From Lama guanicoe (Eukaryota): 64,000 nt of DNA. The stretch's first letter is position 1, and each line of letters starts with the position of its first letter. The notes under the pieces are model-generated. The model searched no databases, had not been told where the DNA came from, and was given only the letters and a program-made list of their open reading frames with translations. Shown one piece after another: positions 47,059-59,775 of this stretch. The translations under genes were made by a program, and so were the position numbers. The stretch covers positions 1,924,001 to 1,988,000 of the forward strand of contig MU054338.1 of NCBI GenBank assembly GCA_013239625.1. The letters are read 5' to 3'.

Positions 47059-47609
47059 TTTATGAAATAAGACGCAGTATATAAGTGGGGGTGTGGGGGG
47101 GAGGTGTTCTAACTTTTTTTGACCATGACATCTCCACCCAGTAGAAGTAAATGAATTCATAAAGAAAAATCAGTTTAAAATATTTACGCACACTTGCTCA
47201 GGACACGAAGTTAAATCCACACCTCACCCCAATAAAAGTTGCACAAACTAAGTTCCCCTTGCCAAGCATGACACATTATGACATTTCCTCTCCTATATCA
47301 CTGAAAATAAAAATGTGGGTCATGACCTCCTAAACTGACTTCTTGACATACAGGTGGACAAAAGCAATGATTCAGAGTATAGTCTGGGAAGGATCCAAAC
47401 CAGGAACCCAGACCCTGAAGCCTGTTGACTGCAGGCGAGCTCACTTGTGCTGGGGTCTGAGCCTGGAGAACAGCCAGCTGCTACTGTCACGACTGTGACA
47501 CGTCTTGCAGGCACGATGGGCGTGGAAGGAGGCCAGGCACGGAGAGCTAGCAGCCCGTCTGCACGTATGTGAAGTTCAAGAGCAGCCAGGTTAACCCAAT
47601 TAAGACAGG

Positions 47610-48485
47610 GGTAAGGGACTTGAGGAGATTTTTCTCCAAAGATACACAGTGACCAAGTTGTGCACGAAAATGTGTCTAAGATCATCATCAGTTGTCAAAG
47701 AAATGCAAATCAAAGCCACAGGGAGATACCACTTCACGCCCCACTGAGATGTCTACAAAGGTAAAAAAAACCTCAGAAAGTAACAAGTGTTGGTGAGGAT
47801 GTGGAGAAATCAAAACCTGTGCTCTGCTGGTGGGCATGGAAAATGGTGCAGCTGCAGCGGAAAACAGTGTGATGTTTCCTCAAAAGGGTAAACAGAGAAT
47901 CACTGTGTGACCCAGCAATTCCACTCCAAGGTTCACCCCCAGGATAACTGAATGCAGGGAGTCAAATGGGTATTTGTACACTTGTGTTCACAGCAGCGTG
48001 ATCCACGACAGCCAAAAGGTGGAAACACTCCAAGCGTCCACCGACAGATGATGGATAAACAAAATGTGGTCCAGCCATACAACAGAATATTACTCAGGCT
48101 TAAAAAGGAAGGAGATTCTGACATCTACTACACCGTGGATGGACCTTGAGGACATGCTGCTCAGTGAGAGAACCAGACACAGAAAGACAGATACGGTCTG
48201 ATTCCATTCACACAAGGTCCTCAGAGGAGTCACATCCACAGAGACAGGATGTAGCCAGGGCTGGGGGAGGGGAGGGGGAGTCAGTGTTTCCTGGGGACAG
48301 AGCTGCAGTTTGGGAAGATGAGAAAGTCCTGGAGACGGTGGTGGGGATGGCTGCACAACAGTGTGAATGTGCTTAACGCCGCTGAGCTGTGCTCTTACAA
48401 ATGGTTCAGATGGTGAATTTTATGTCATGTGTGTTTTACCTACAACAACTAAAAAAAATTAAGTAAAAATGTGAAGAAAAAAAAA
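47610..48485 (+). mobile_element. L1M (L1MB-like) 3' region with A-rich tail
   Basis: GAAATGCAAATCAAAGCCACA..TGGTGAGGATGTGGAGAAA..GATGGATAAACAAAATGTGG..A tail. Confidence 0.85.
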
Positions 48486-49254
48486 AGAAAGCAACCTGGT
48501 TGTGTGGGGAAAGCAGAGCTGGACACAGACGCCACGGTCCCACGCAGGGAGGGCTGGGGGAGCCGGGCGTGGTGGGGGGCACGGACTTTGCCTGGACTCA
48601 GGCTCCCAGTAACACAGGACGCCCAGGTACCGGCGCATAGGACCGCCTTCTTCCTCAACACTATTTGTTATTTATCTGAAATTCCCGCTTGATTGCATGA
48701 CCTGGGTTTTTACTTGCTAAACCTGGTGAGTCCCGCCGGGGCTGCCTCGTGCCCACCCTCCTGGGACCCCTTCTGGGCTTTGCTCTAAGAGGAGGAATCG
48801 GAACACCGTAGCGTCTTCTGCGTGAACGGGCTCAGGCGCCGAGACTGGAGGGCGGCGCCCAGGCCTCGCGAGCTGCCCCGCGGCCGCGGCACGGCCAGCC
48901 CTCCCTGTCCCCGAGCGCCTGCCGGCCGGGAGCCTCGCCGGGCTTTATTGCCGGGCACAGATAAGGGCTCATAAGGCAAAGGACACAGGAAGTTTCCAAT
49001 AAAACTCAGAACCGAAAGCCTCTGCAGCCACACGGTTCAGGAGTTCCTAGTGCCACCAGGCTGGCTGGGGCAGGACGCTGGCCTGGGCCCAGGCCACCCC
49101 CCCAGCCTCGGTTTCCTTCTCTGAAGTTAGGGGCAGGGACATTTCCTTGAGGCATGCCTCGCGGCGTTGATCGCTCTGTGATGAGATATGAGTGTCCCGA
49201 AAGGGCAGTTTTGATTTTAACGTGGACCGTGGGAGAAGCAGATTTCACAATTGT

Positions 49255-49565
49255 TTTGGACAGAAACAGACTCACAGACATAGAAAACAAAATCGTGGTT
49301 GCCAGGGGGCGGGGGAAGGAGCGCGGCGGAGGCGTAAACCAGGAGTCCGGGACTTGCAGACACACACTGCTATACATAAAACAGATAAACAGCAAGGCCC
49401 CCTGTGCAGCTCCCGGAGCTACAGCCGGGACCCTGCAGTGACCCAGAATGGAAAGGAGTACGGAAAGGAACACACGGGTCCACTTGAGCTGAATCGCTCT
49501 GCTGTGCACCAGAAGTTAACGCCACACTGTAAACCGACGATAGTTCGATGAAAAAAAGTCAAAAA
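49255..49565 (+). mobile_element. Artiodactyl-type L1 3' end fragment
   Basis: CAGAAACAGACTCACAGACATAGAAAACAAA..ATAAAACAGATAAACAGCAAGG. Confidence 0.7.
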
Positions 49566-49604
49566 GCGATTGTTCTGTGTTTCGATCTAGAGTGAGACAG
49601 GATG

Positions 49605-50240
49605 TACGTCGTCTCCTCTTGTTGTTCATGGCGGTTCTGTGCTATAAAGTCGCCTCAGACACTGAAGTAGTGAACACCAGAGAGCCGCTCCTGGAGACAC
49701 GCAGGGTCAGGTTCCTAAGAGCCTCTGACCATGACATTTTTGTCCACCAGTCAGCACATAACCTTGTGTGATGTGACTTCTGTATAAAGACACTGTATTT
49801 AATAAAAGTTGTGGATTCGTTCACAGCGAGCTTGCAGCCCACAGGGCTGTAACTCTTGCCTGAACGAAGCTCACCTAACACCGTACTTTCTCCGTGAGGC
49901 ACATCGCAGCCTTCCCGTGCTTGGGACACTCGACAGTCCTTCAGCTCTGTGCTTGGGGGGCATTTTAGATACAGAATCAGCCACCAAAAAACCAAAAGTG
50001 CAAAGAACATGGCACTCAAAAGACAGTGAAAAGGACACTGGTTTACAGTCCGAGCTGAAAGAAGGCAGGGCCTCACCTGGTTCCACCTGGAGTGAATGCG
50101 TTGGGTGACTTCAGCGCTTCACCACTCAGTCTGCGGAGGACTAGAAATGCCATGCGGATTGATCTGGGCGGTACCAATAGATGTTAGTAAGTAGAATTTT
50201 CCAGTACAGAATCCTTGGGTAATGAAGATCCGCCATGTAT
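49605..50240 (+). mobile_element. MER82-like TcMar-Tigger element
   Basis: CTATAAAGTCGCC..ACACTGAA..AGGTTCCTAAGAGCCTCTG at the start, TAATGAAGATC..TGTA at the end. Confidence 0.7.
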
Positions 50241-50289
50241 ACATTTATCTCTTTCCATTTGTCTATGTCCCAGCTCTATCTGCCACAAC

Positions 50290-50874
50290 GATCTCGAGAC
50301 AGGGACACCCCAGGTGAGCACCCTGAGTACCCAGCTCTTGGCTTCTAAGGGCCACCAATATTTGGACATCTTGGGGCCTTGTGGACTCTGGAGAGATGGC
50401 CCCTCCCAAGACAGCTAATTCTTAGAGACAGCAAACAACTTGCCCATGAGTGTATCTTATGAAAACCAGTCAATTCAAAGTTCATACCCCCAACTCTCTC
50501 CTTTGTGGGACTCTCATGCTCAGAGCCACTGCCCCCCTTCCCTAACCACCCCAGGCCCAGGTGCCAGGCAGGCGGGGCCAGTCCCGAGGCTCCAGGCTCT
50601 GCTGAAGTTATCTGATGCAGCTTAAATCTGCACAGCGCGCCTGCCCTGCCTCACCCCTTCCACCCCGTGAAATCGTAACGAAGGCTCTTGTCCATGTTCC
50701 CCCGTCCCTGCCTCCTGATCAGCCCTGGTGCTGCCCTGTGGGGCGCTGCAGGGCATCCATGTCCCTGTTTCTAGGGATCTGTGGGGGTCAGCTTCCCCCT
50801 TTGTGACAGGCATTTCCATGCCTGTGTGTCTTAGCCAGCCTGATGAAAATAAATCCTGGGTATGTTTTAAAACA
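50290..50874 (+). mobile_element. ERVL-class solo LTR (MER54/MER74-like)
   Basis: Ends AAATAAATCCTGGGTATGTTTTAAAACA; family call from recalled consensus. Confidence 0.5.
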
Positions 50875-52890
50875 GACCTGGGGCTCACTGGAGAAACAGC
50901 CAATTCCCTGGCTGGAGGATGGAGAATCAAGGATGGGTCTGAAGCATCTTTTTATACCAGAAGGTGGGGCAGTGCTCACAGAAAGGTGATGGGGGGCCTC
51001 TGTCAATAGGACGTAGGAGCCAGCTTGAAGGGGCTCCCCAGGCAAGTCTGGGATAATTTGGGCTTGTTAAAAATGCAGCATCCTGGGACTGGCTCTTTGT
51101 GGAATCTAACCCAGTGGGGCGAGGACTGCGTCCCCCTTGTGAACCAGTGTTCCGGGAGTTTCTGATGCCTCAGATTGGTGACCCTGGTGGGGAGAAGCTG
51201 CGTGGGAGTGGGAGTGCAATGCCAGAGCCTGCAGCCCGGGGTGCAAGCTGTTTTGCCCTAACTTGGAAATAAGAAACTCAGTCTGCCCACAGGAAGAAGT
51301 AGTTTATAACTTTTTTTTAAAAAGAGAAAGTCTTCGCTCCACTATTTGCCTGAGGTCTTGGTGCAAGCTAGAATCAGTAAAATGCAAGACCTCATTCATG
51401 CATTCATTCATGCTTAGTATAATCTTTGATGCTTCTCTGTGACCAGCCACATTCCGGGCAGACCCCAAGAGCCTGATAAAGCCAGGTCCTTAGGCCTGAC
51501 TATTGAACAGTCCCCAGTTTGGAGGCAACAGAGCTGGACACAGATGCTTTTAGCCCTATGGGGGCAGAAGTGGGGTCCTGAGGCTGAGGAAGCCCCAGGG
51601 AAGGAATGAAGTATTGGGCAAAGAAGATTGGCAAAGATTGTACAGAGGTGGTGGCATTTCAGTTGGGGCTTTGAGGGATGAATAGAACTTGACCAGTTAT
51701 GACTATAGGGAAACCCCCAGTCTGGAGGAGACAGGGTTGGCACAGATGCTCCTAGCCCTGTGCCATAGGGGCTAAGGATGCTCAGGAGCAAGGAATTGGG
51801 ATCTGTGTGAAGAGGGGAGGTGGGGAAGGCTGCATGGACGAGGTGAACTGAGCTATTGGAAACCAGCAAAGAAGAGAGGGTGAAGAGGGTGTTCCAGGCA
51901 GATGCTACAGCTTATGTAAAAGCTCGGGATTGTCTGCAGGGACGACAGCAAGTTCAGTCTATCTGGAAGGGACGCAGCTAGGAGGGGAGTTTCTGGGGGG
52001 CTTGAGTATGATAATATTATTCTCAGGAGTCTGGCTGCGCAGGGCTGAGGCAGAGGGAGGGTCTGAGGCTAAGAGAACCTGGGGGTGGGGAATGAAGTTT
52101 CTGCCAGAGGGGGCTGGAGAAGGCTGTGTGGGAAGGGGGCATGTGAGCTGAGGTTTTGAAGGATAAGCAGGAGTTGACTAGTTCTGGCCCCTGAGCAGCC
52201 CTTAGTCTAGGGAGGAAGGTTGTGTAGACAGAGCTGGGACAAAGGGACTCAGGGGTCGGGGGCCAGGGTGTGAGAGAGCCAGGACTCTGCCTGGAAGAAT
52301 CGGGAGAGTCACTCATTCCTTCAGCGCCAACTTCCTGATACCTAGTCCTGAGCTGGGAGCTGGGGACAGAAAGATGACAAGACTCCAGTCTTTGTCCTGC
52401 AGGAATCCACCTGGGGGTGGATCTGGAAGTTTCCCCAGAAGGCCAGTTGAGGGAAGATGGGTGATCGTGAAATGGTTCTTGAGCTGACAACTGCCCCACT
52501 GGAATAGTAAATGATAATCGTCATGATCATTCTTGTGACCCCCAAACACCGCTGTGGGCTCTCCATTGTGGCCTAGGCCTTGTTTTAAGTACTTCGCATA
52601 CATTAAACCCTCTGAGTTTGGTAAATATGATATCTCTGTTTTACGAAAAGGAAGGTGGAGAAAGGTTGAACCACAACCTCAAGGTCACAGCTCAGGGTCA
52701 TGGAGCTGGGATTTGAGCCCAGAAATTGTGGGTGCAGAGTCCGGGCTATTGTTGAGCAGCCCACGTCTCACTACTCTTACATCCTCTGTCGGGGTCCATC
52801 CCTCTTACCACCAACCCAGGCCAGCACAGCCACTGTACCTTGTGGCCCTGGCTCCCAGCCTTAGCCCCCATGGTCTGGTCTCCCCGAAGT

Positions 52891-52907
52891 AGCCACCAGA
52901 GGGCGCC
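52891..52907 (+). promoter_or_regulatory. CTCF consensus site
   Basis: AGCCACCAGAGGGCGCC matches CCASYAGRKGGCRC at every position. Confidence 0.7.
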
Positions 52908-53589
52908 TGTGAGCACCTGAGTCAGGCCTCGCCCATTCTGTGCCCACAGCCCTCCAGGGCTCCCACCTCCCTAGGGGTAAAAGCCTGAGTCCTCCCTGAG
53001 GCTCACAGGGCCCTGCACGACCTGCCCCCATCCCCTCCCTGCCCTCCCCTCCTCCCTCTCTCCCCCTCACCTACTCTGCTCCAGACACACAGACCTCCTG
53101 GCTGTTCCTCCAACACATCAGGCATGGTGCTGCCCCAGGGCCTTTGCATGCACTGTCTCTGCTGCCAGTAGATATATTGGTGTCTTGCTCATTTCCTCAG
53201 AGGGCCCTTCTCTAATTGCTGTATTTAAAATTCCACTCCCCTCCCAACCCCCCTACTCTGCTTTTCCCCCATTCTCTTTAGCACTTCTCCCATATAATAC
53301 CCAATATATTTTATTTATTTATAATTGCATATTATCTGTCTATCCCCACTTAGAACGTTGGCCCCATGAGGGCAGGAATTTTTGTCTGCTTTTTCATTGC
53401 TGTGTCTCCAGAACCCAGAACCATGACATGCAGTAGGTGCTCAATAAATGTTTATTGATGAAAAAACTGGCTCTGTGTCCATTCAGCCCATTATAATGAC
53501 AATCCTGAGCATTTATTGAATGCCTTCTGTGTGCCAGGCTATGTGGGAATTCTTTGCTATTTTTTTTAATCATTGACATGTTTTTCAAT

Positions 53590-54880
53590 ATAGTTCACAA
53601 ATCATAAATATTAAAGGGTACAATTTATTGGTTTTAGAATATTTACTATACTGCTGTCACTACTAAGTCCAGAACATTCCATCACCCCAGAAAGAAACCC
53701 CATCCTCATTACCATTACCCCTGCTCCCCGTTCCCTAGCCCCTGACAACCAGGAATCCTCTCTCTGCCATGTGGACTGGCCTGTTGTGGATGTTTCACAT
53801 CCATGGAATCACACACTGTGTGTCCTGTGTCTGCTTCTCTCACTGAGCACTGTGCTCTCAGGGTCCGTCCACGTGGGAGCGAGTGTTAGTGCTTCTCTCC
53901 TTTTCATGGCTGCGTAATATTCCCATGTTGGAGGGACCACATTTTGTGTATCTGTTCATCTGTTGATGGACATTTGGGTGGTTTGCAGTTATGAATAATG
54001 TTGCTGTAAACATTCATGTGCAAAGTTTTATCTGATACCTGTTTTCAGTTCTTTTGGATAGATACCTAGGAGTGGAGTCATTGGTGAAACGGTAGTTCTA
54101 TGTTTACCTTTTTGAGGAATCGCTGAACTGTTTTCCACCGTGGCTGTGCCGTTTTCCATCCCCCCAGCCATGCGTGAGGGTGTCTATTTCTCCGCATCCT
54201 CACGCACACTTGTTCTTACCTGTCCTTTTGATGGCAGCCATCATAGTGGATATGCAGTGGTATCTCACTGTGCTTCACATTTGCATTTCCCTAGTGACTA
54301 ATGATATTGAGCTTTTTAAAAAATCTATACAAACTAACAGTCCTGGGGTGTCTATTACGTGCAGAGCATTTTTTCATGTGTTTATTGGTACCTGTAAGTT
54401 CTTACCATCATCCCTGTTTTAACAGATGATGAAATGGAGGCTCAGAGAGGGATGGCCATTTCCTGAAAGTCACACAGCCTGGGGAGGGGAAATATGTGCG
54501 GGATAAAAACCAGATAGTTTGACTCTTACCTACTGGCTTAAAATGAGACTGCTGTGAGCATCCGTGCGCAAATCTTTGTATGGACGTACGTTTTCCTTTC
54601 TGTTGAGTAAATACCTGTGAATGGAATGACTAGATTCCCTGACAGGTGGATGTTTTTAAGAACTTTTTGAGAACACCCCACATTGCCTTCCAGCGAGGCT
54701 GTCCTGTTTTGCACCCCCACCAGCTCTCTGGGCGAGAGTTTCAGTTGCTCCCTCTTCTCAGCAACACTTAATACGGTCGGACTTTTTCATCTTCGCCAGT
54801 TCTGGTGAGTGGGGTCTCACTGCGGTTTCCCGGGCTTCCCCCTAACGTGCTTGTTGGCCAGCTGTATGTCTGTTTCGGTA
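53590..54880 (-). mobile_element. L1M 3' fragments with an intervening MIR
   Basis: L1M 3' UTR motifs; MIR core ACAGATGATGAAATGGAGGCTCAGAGAGG at about 54422. Confidence 0.75.
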
Positions 54881-55924
54881 AAGAGTAAAAGCTAATATTT
54901 ACGGAGCTGGGCAACCGACGTTAACTGCATGCCTGTGGTAGACCAGGTCAGGTCTGAAACACCACGGCCCAGGCAGACCCAGGCCCCTCCGCCTCTGTCT
55001 TCCTTGAGTGCACCATGTTTGAAAAATTGAAAGAGAAGAAAACAAGTAACTACCCTCCGTGACGGCAGATGGGGCATTAAGGCAGAGTAAGGGCAGGGCC
55101 TCCCTCCGGCTCCTCTGACGCTGAGTGTCCACGTGGCTTGGGATTTGCTTTACACGATGAGCACCCAGTTTTCAGCACCGAGGCCTGGGGAAGGGTAGGG
55201 ATGCGAGTGCTGTGGAATCTGCCCCCGATACCCTGGGCTGGTACTCTGGCCTCGGGTGCCCCTCCTCCCTGCGTGTCCCCAGCCTGGGCCCCACTCACCT
55301 TTGCTCCTGTTCACAGCTCTCGGCCAGGAAACGGCCTTGTTCCCCCTCATAAAATCGAACCCCTCAGGGGATGGGAGGTCGACTTCCAAGGGTGAGGAGG
55401 CAGGGAGGCGGAGGGGACAGGATGGCGGGGGCCCTCCAGCCAGCAGGGCGTGCAGCTGGGTGCACTTTGTCTCTCTGGGTCTCTGGGTGGAAAAGCCAAA
55501 GTCAGCAATTAGCCACCAGCTGGGCTCCGGGGCCAGTTCACTATCTCTCCGTGGGGCTCCATACCCCAGCTTACCCACTGGGGGCCTTCTGCTCCCCACC
55601 CAGCTCTGGCACCTAGTGGGCACTTAAGGAATGGCTGAGAATAAGACCCCCACTGCTGATTCAGCCCCCTCACGTCCTCCTTCCAGGGCCCAGGGCTGCC
55701 CCGGGCGTGGGTGTCACGGATGGGATACACCACGTACTCGGGGGATGAAGGAATACACTGACTCATCCCGTCTTATTTGTTGCCTGCCCTCAACTACAGC
55801 CCCAGCGCGGCCAGGCCCCTGTTTCAGTGTCCTTTTTAAGGCTTAAGCACTTATTAAACACCTTCGATGTACTTTACAAGTTCCACCTCCTGGGTCACTT
55901 CTTGTTCTTCTTTTAAAAATATCC

Positions 55925-56046
55925 CTTTGGTGGAAGGAGTAATTAGGTTTATTAATTTATTTTTTTAATGGAAGTACTGGGAATTGAACCCAGGACCCTG
56001 CTGTACCTGCTAGGTATGTGCCCCACTGCTGAACTACCCCCTCCCT
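55925..56046 (-). mobile_element. tRNA-derived SINE
   Basis: GGGTCCTGGGTTCAATTCCCAGTACTTCCATT and AAACCTAATTAC on minus. Confidence 0.78.
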
Positions 56047-57540
56047 CCTTATTCTTAGAGCTTTATAAAGGTCTACTTGACAGGCAATAAACTGTGGCTC
56101 TTGGAGGGAGGCCTGTTCTCTTCATAACTTCTCCAGCAGGTAGGGTAGCCCAGATGTCTGGAAAGAGCTTGCTGTCAGAGCGAGCAAGAGGGAGCTCGAG
56201 CGGGAAGCCAAAGACGTCTTACAGCCAGTCCTCTGACTTGGCGTCTGCTGTGTTCTATTTGTTAGAAGTTGAATCACTAAATTCCACTCACATCCTAGGC
56301 CGGGGGCTGAGTTACACAAGGCTATGAAGACCAGGAAACGGGGTTCCCTGGGGGTCATCCTAGAATTTATCTACCACTGTCCCATAGTATTAGAGTATTT
56401 CAGCAAACATTAAGCTTCTACTGTGCGCTTTACAAGAACCTTCTTGGCTCTTTACAATGGGTCTCTGAAAAACAACTAAAATTGTGCACGCTTTATAGAT
56501 GGGGAAACTGGCCCAGGGAAGTTAAGGCACCCACTGACAGTCTACACCCGAGGAAGTGGGAAAAGGAAGGTTCCATCCTGAGGTTTAAGTCCCGGGTGGG
56601 GAGGCCAGTGGCGACAGGGAACAGATGCAGGGAAGGGAAGAAAGGGGCAATTTTCTTTTCTCCAGTGAAGGAGAATGAGCACCCAGGAGGGCCAGGTGCC
56701 TTCAATGATTTCACAGACGCTTATCGAGCACCTACTGTGTGTGAGGCTGGGGTCTAGAGGCGGCAGTGATTGAGACAGAGACGCCCTCCAATCTGGTGGG
56801 GAGGGCACAGGTGGGTAAAAGAAGAAAGAAGATGACTTCGGGCCATGAAAAGGGTGATGGGGAGTCCAGCAGCGTGGAGATGGGGTGGCGGTGGTGTTGG
56901 AAAGGTGATCAAGGAAGGCCTGGCCTGACCGCCTTCCCCCGAGGAGGGGACGTCGGAGCCAAGGCCACAGGGGGAAGTGTTTTTGTTCTGTTCCCCTGGT
57001 GGTCAGTTCTTTGTTCAAGTGGATCTGTGTTCTGTTTGTGGGGGGGACCCCTAGGGCTACGAGTCCAGCTGGGGTGAGCATGGAGACCCCCGAGAGGAGA
57101 GCCTCAGGGAACCAACCTTCCCTCAGTCCCAATCAGCAGAGGCTAGTCAGCAGAGACTTTGACCCTCCCCTCCCTCTTATCTCAAGATAGGTGAGCACAG
57201 TGTGTCAAGGTGCAGCTGGGCAGGTGTGTGATGGATCAGGGCAGGGCCAGGTGGGGATGAGGGTCAGGGTTCTGGCCAGGTCAGGGCTGGGAGAGGTGCC
57301 ATCATCAGGGAACTGGGTGTTAAGAGCCCCTCGGTTTCCCCGTGTGTGAAATTCAGGCTTCCGTCCTTTGTCCAACACTTGACACACAAGCACTGAGCAC
57401 CTACTGTGCGTGGAGGCCTCATCCTCTGCCTGTTTTCTGTAAGAGGCCGGAGAGAAAAGATTTCAGGGCTGCTGCAACCACTCACCTCTGCCGGCGCAGG
57501 GGGAAGGGGCATGGCTGTGCTCCCGTAAGTACTTCAAGCA

Positions 57541-57820
57541 GTACTTGGTATACAGTAGGCACTTCATTAACGCTTGTTCCCTGCCTGGGATGCAGCAGGC
57601 ACTGCACTAATGCCTGGTCCATGCCTAGTTTACAGGAGGCCTTCCACTAATGTTTGTCTCTTGCCTGGTATATACCAGGCACTGCATTAATGCTTGGTCC
57701 ATGCCTGATATACAGCAGGTATGCTATTAATGTTCATTCCATGCCTGGCGTATAGCAGATTCTGCATTAATGCTAAGCCCAGGCCTGGTATACACGAGGC
57801 GTTCCATTAATGTTTGTCCC
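57541..57820 (+). repeat. Tandem array of 7 x 40 bp, consensus about ATGCCTGGTATACAGCAGGCACTGCATTAATGCTTGKTCC
   Basis: Units start at 57541, 57581, 57621, 57661, 57701, 57741, 57781 with no indels. Confidence 0.93.
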
Positions 57821-58204
57821 AAGAATGGATGAGAGGAAGGTTTGTTTCCGGTCAGGCAATGCCAGGGCTCCCCGGGAGGCCTTGAGGGCTGGTACCCCAG
57901 GGTCTCACCGGGCCGGGATAGCTCGGTCCTGCGACCTCAGCGCCCGAGAGGGCCGCCGAGGGCAGCGGGGCCGAACAGGGCCGAGCGGGGCCGAGCGCCG
58001 CCGAGTCGACGGGCCGAGTCCGCCACATTCCCACAATCCCGGGCGGCCCCGCCCGGCTCCTGGCTGCGCGTCCCCCTTCCCACGTCGGCGCAACCTAACC
58101 TGCGGGCGCGCCCGCCTGGCCCCGCCCCGCCCCGCCCGCGCGCCGCCCCGCCCCTCCCTGCAGCTAGTCCCGCCCCCGCGGCGGGCGCGCGGGCCACCGC
58201 CCCC

Positions 58205-58455
58205 NNNNNNNNNNNNNNNNNNNNNNNNNNNNNNNNNNNNNNNNNNNNNNNNNNNNNNNNNNNNNNNNNNNNNNNNNNNNNNNNNNNNNNNNNNNNNNNN
58301 NNNNNNNNNNNNNNNNNNNNNNNNNNNNNNNNNNNNNNNNNNNNNNNNNNNNNNNNNNNNNNNNNNNNNNNNNNNNNNNNNNNNNNNNNNNNNNNNNNNN
58401 NNNNNNNNNNNNNNNNNNNNNNNNNNNNNNNNNNNNNNNNNNNNNNNNNNNNNNN
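58205..58455. other. Assembly gap (251 N) in the GNA11 5' UTR/promoter
   Basis: Run of N. Confidence 1.

Positions 58456-59775
<1,320 letters not shown>

Noticed and set aside
57541..57820. Palindromic fixed-period array as a CRISPR-like locus
   Set aside because: Units are head to tail with no unique spacers, there are no cas genes, the context is mammalian, and the unit resembles an L2 3' end.
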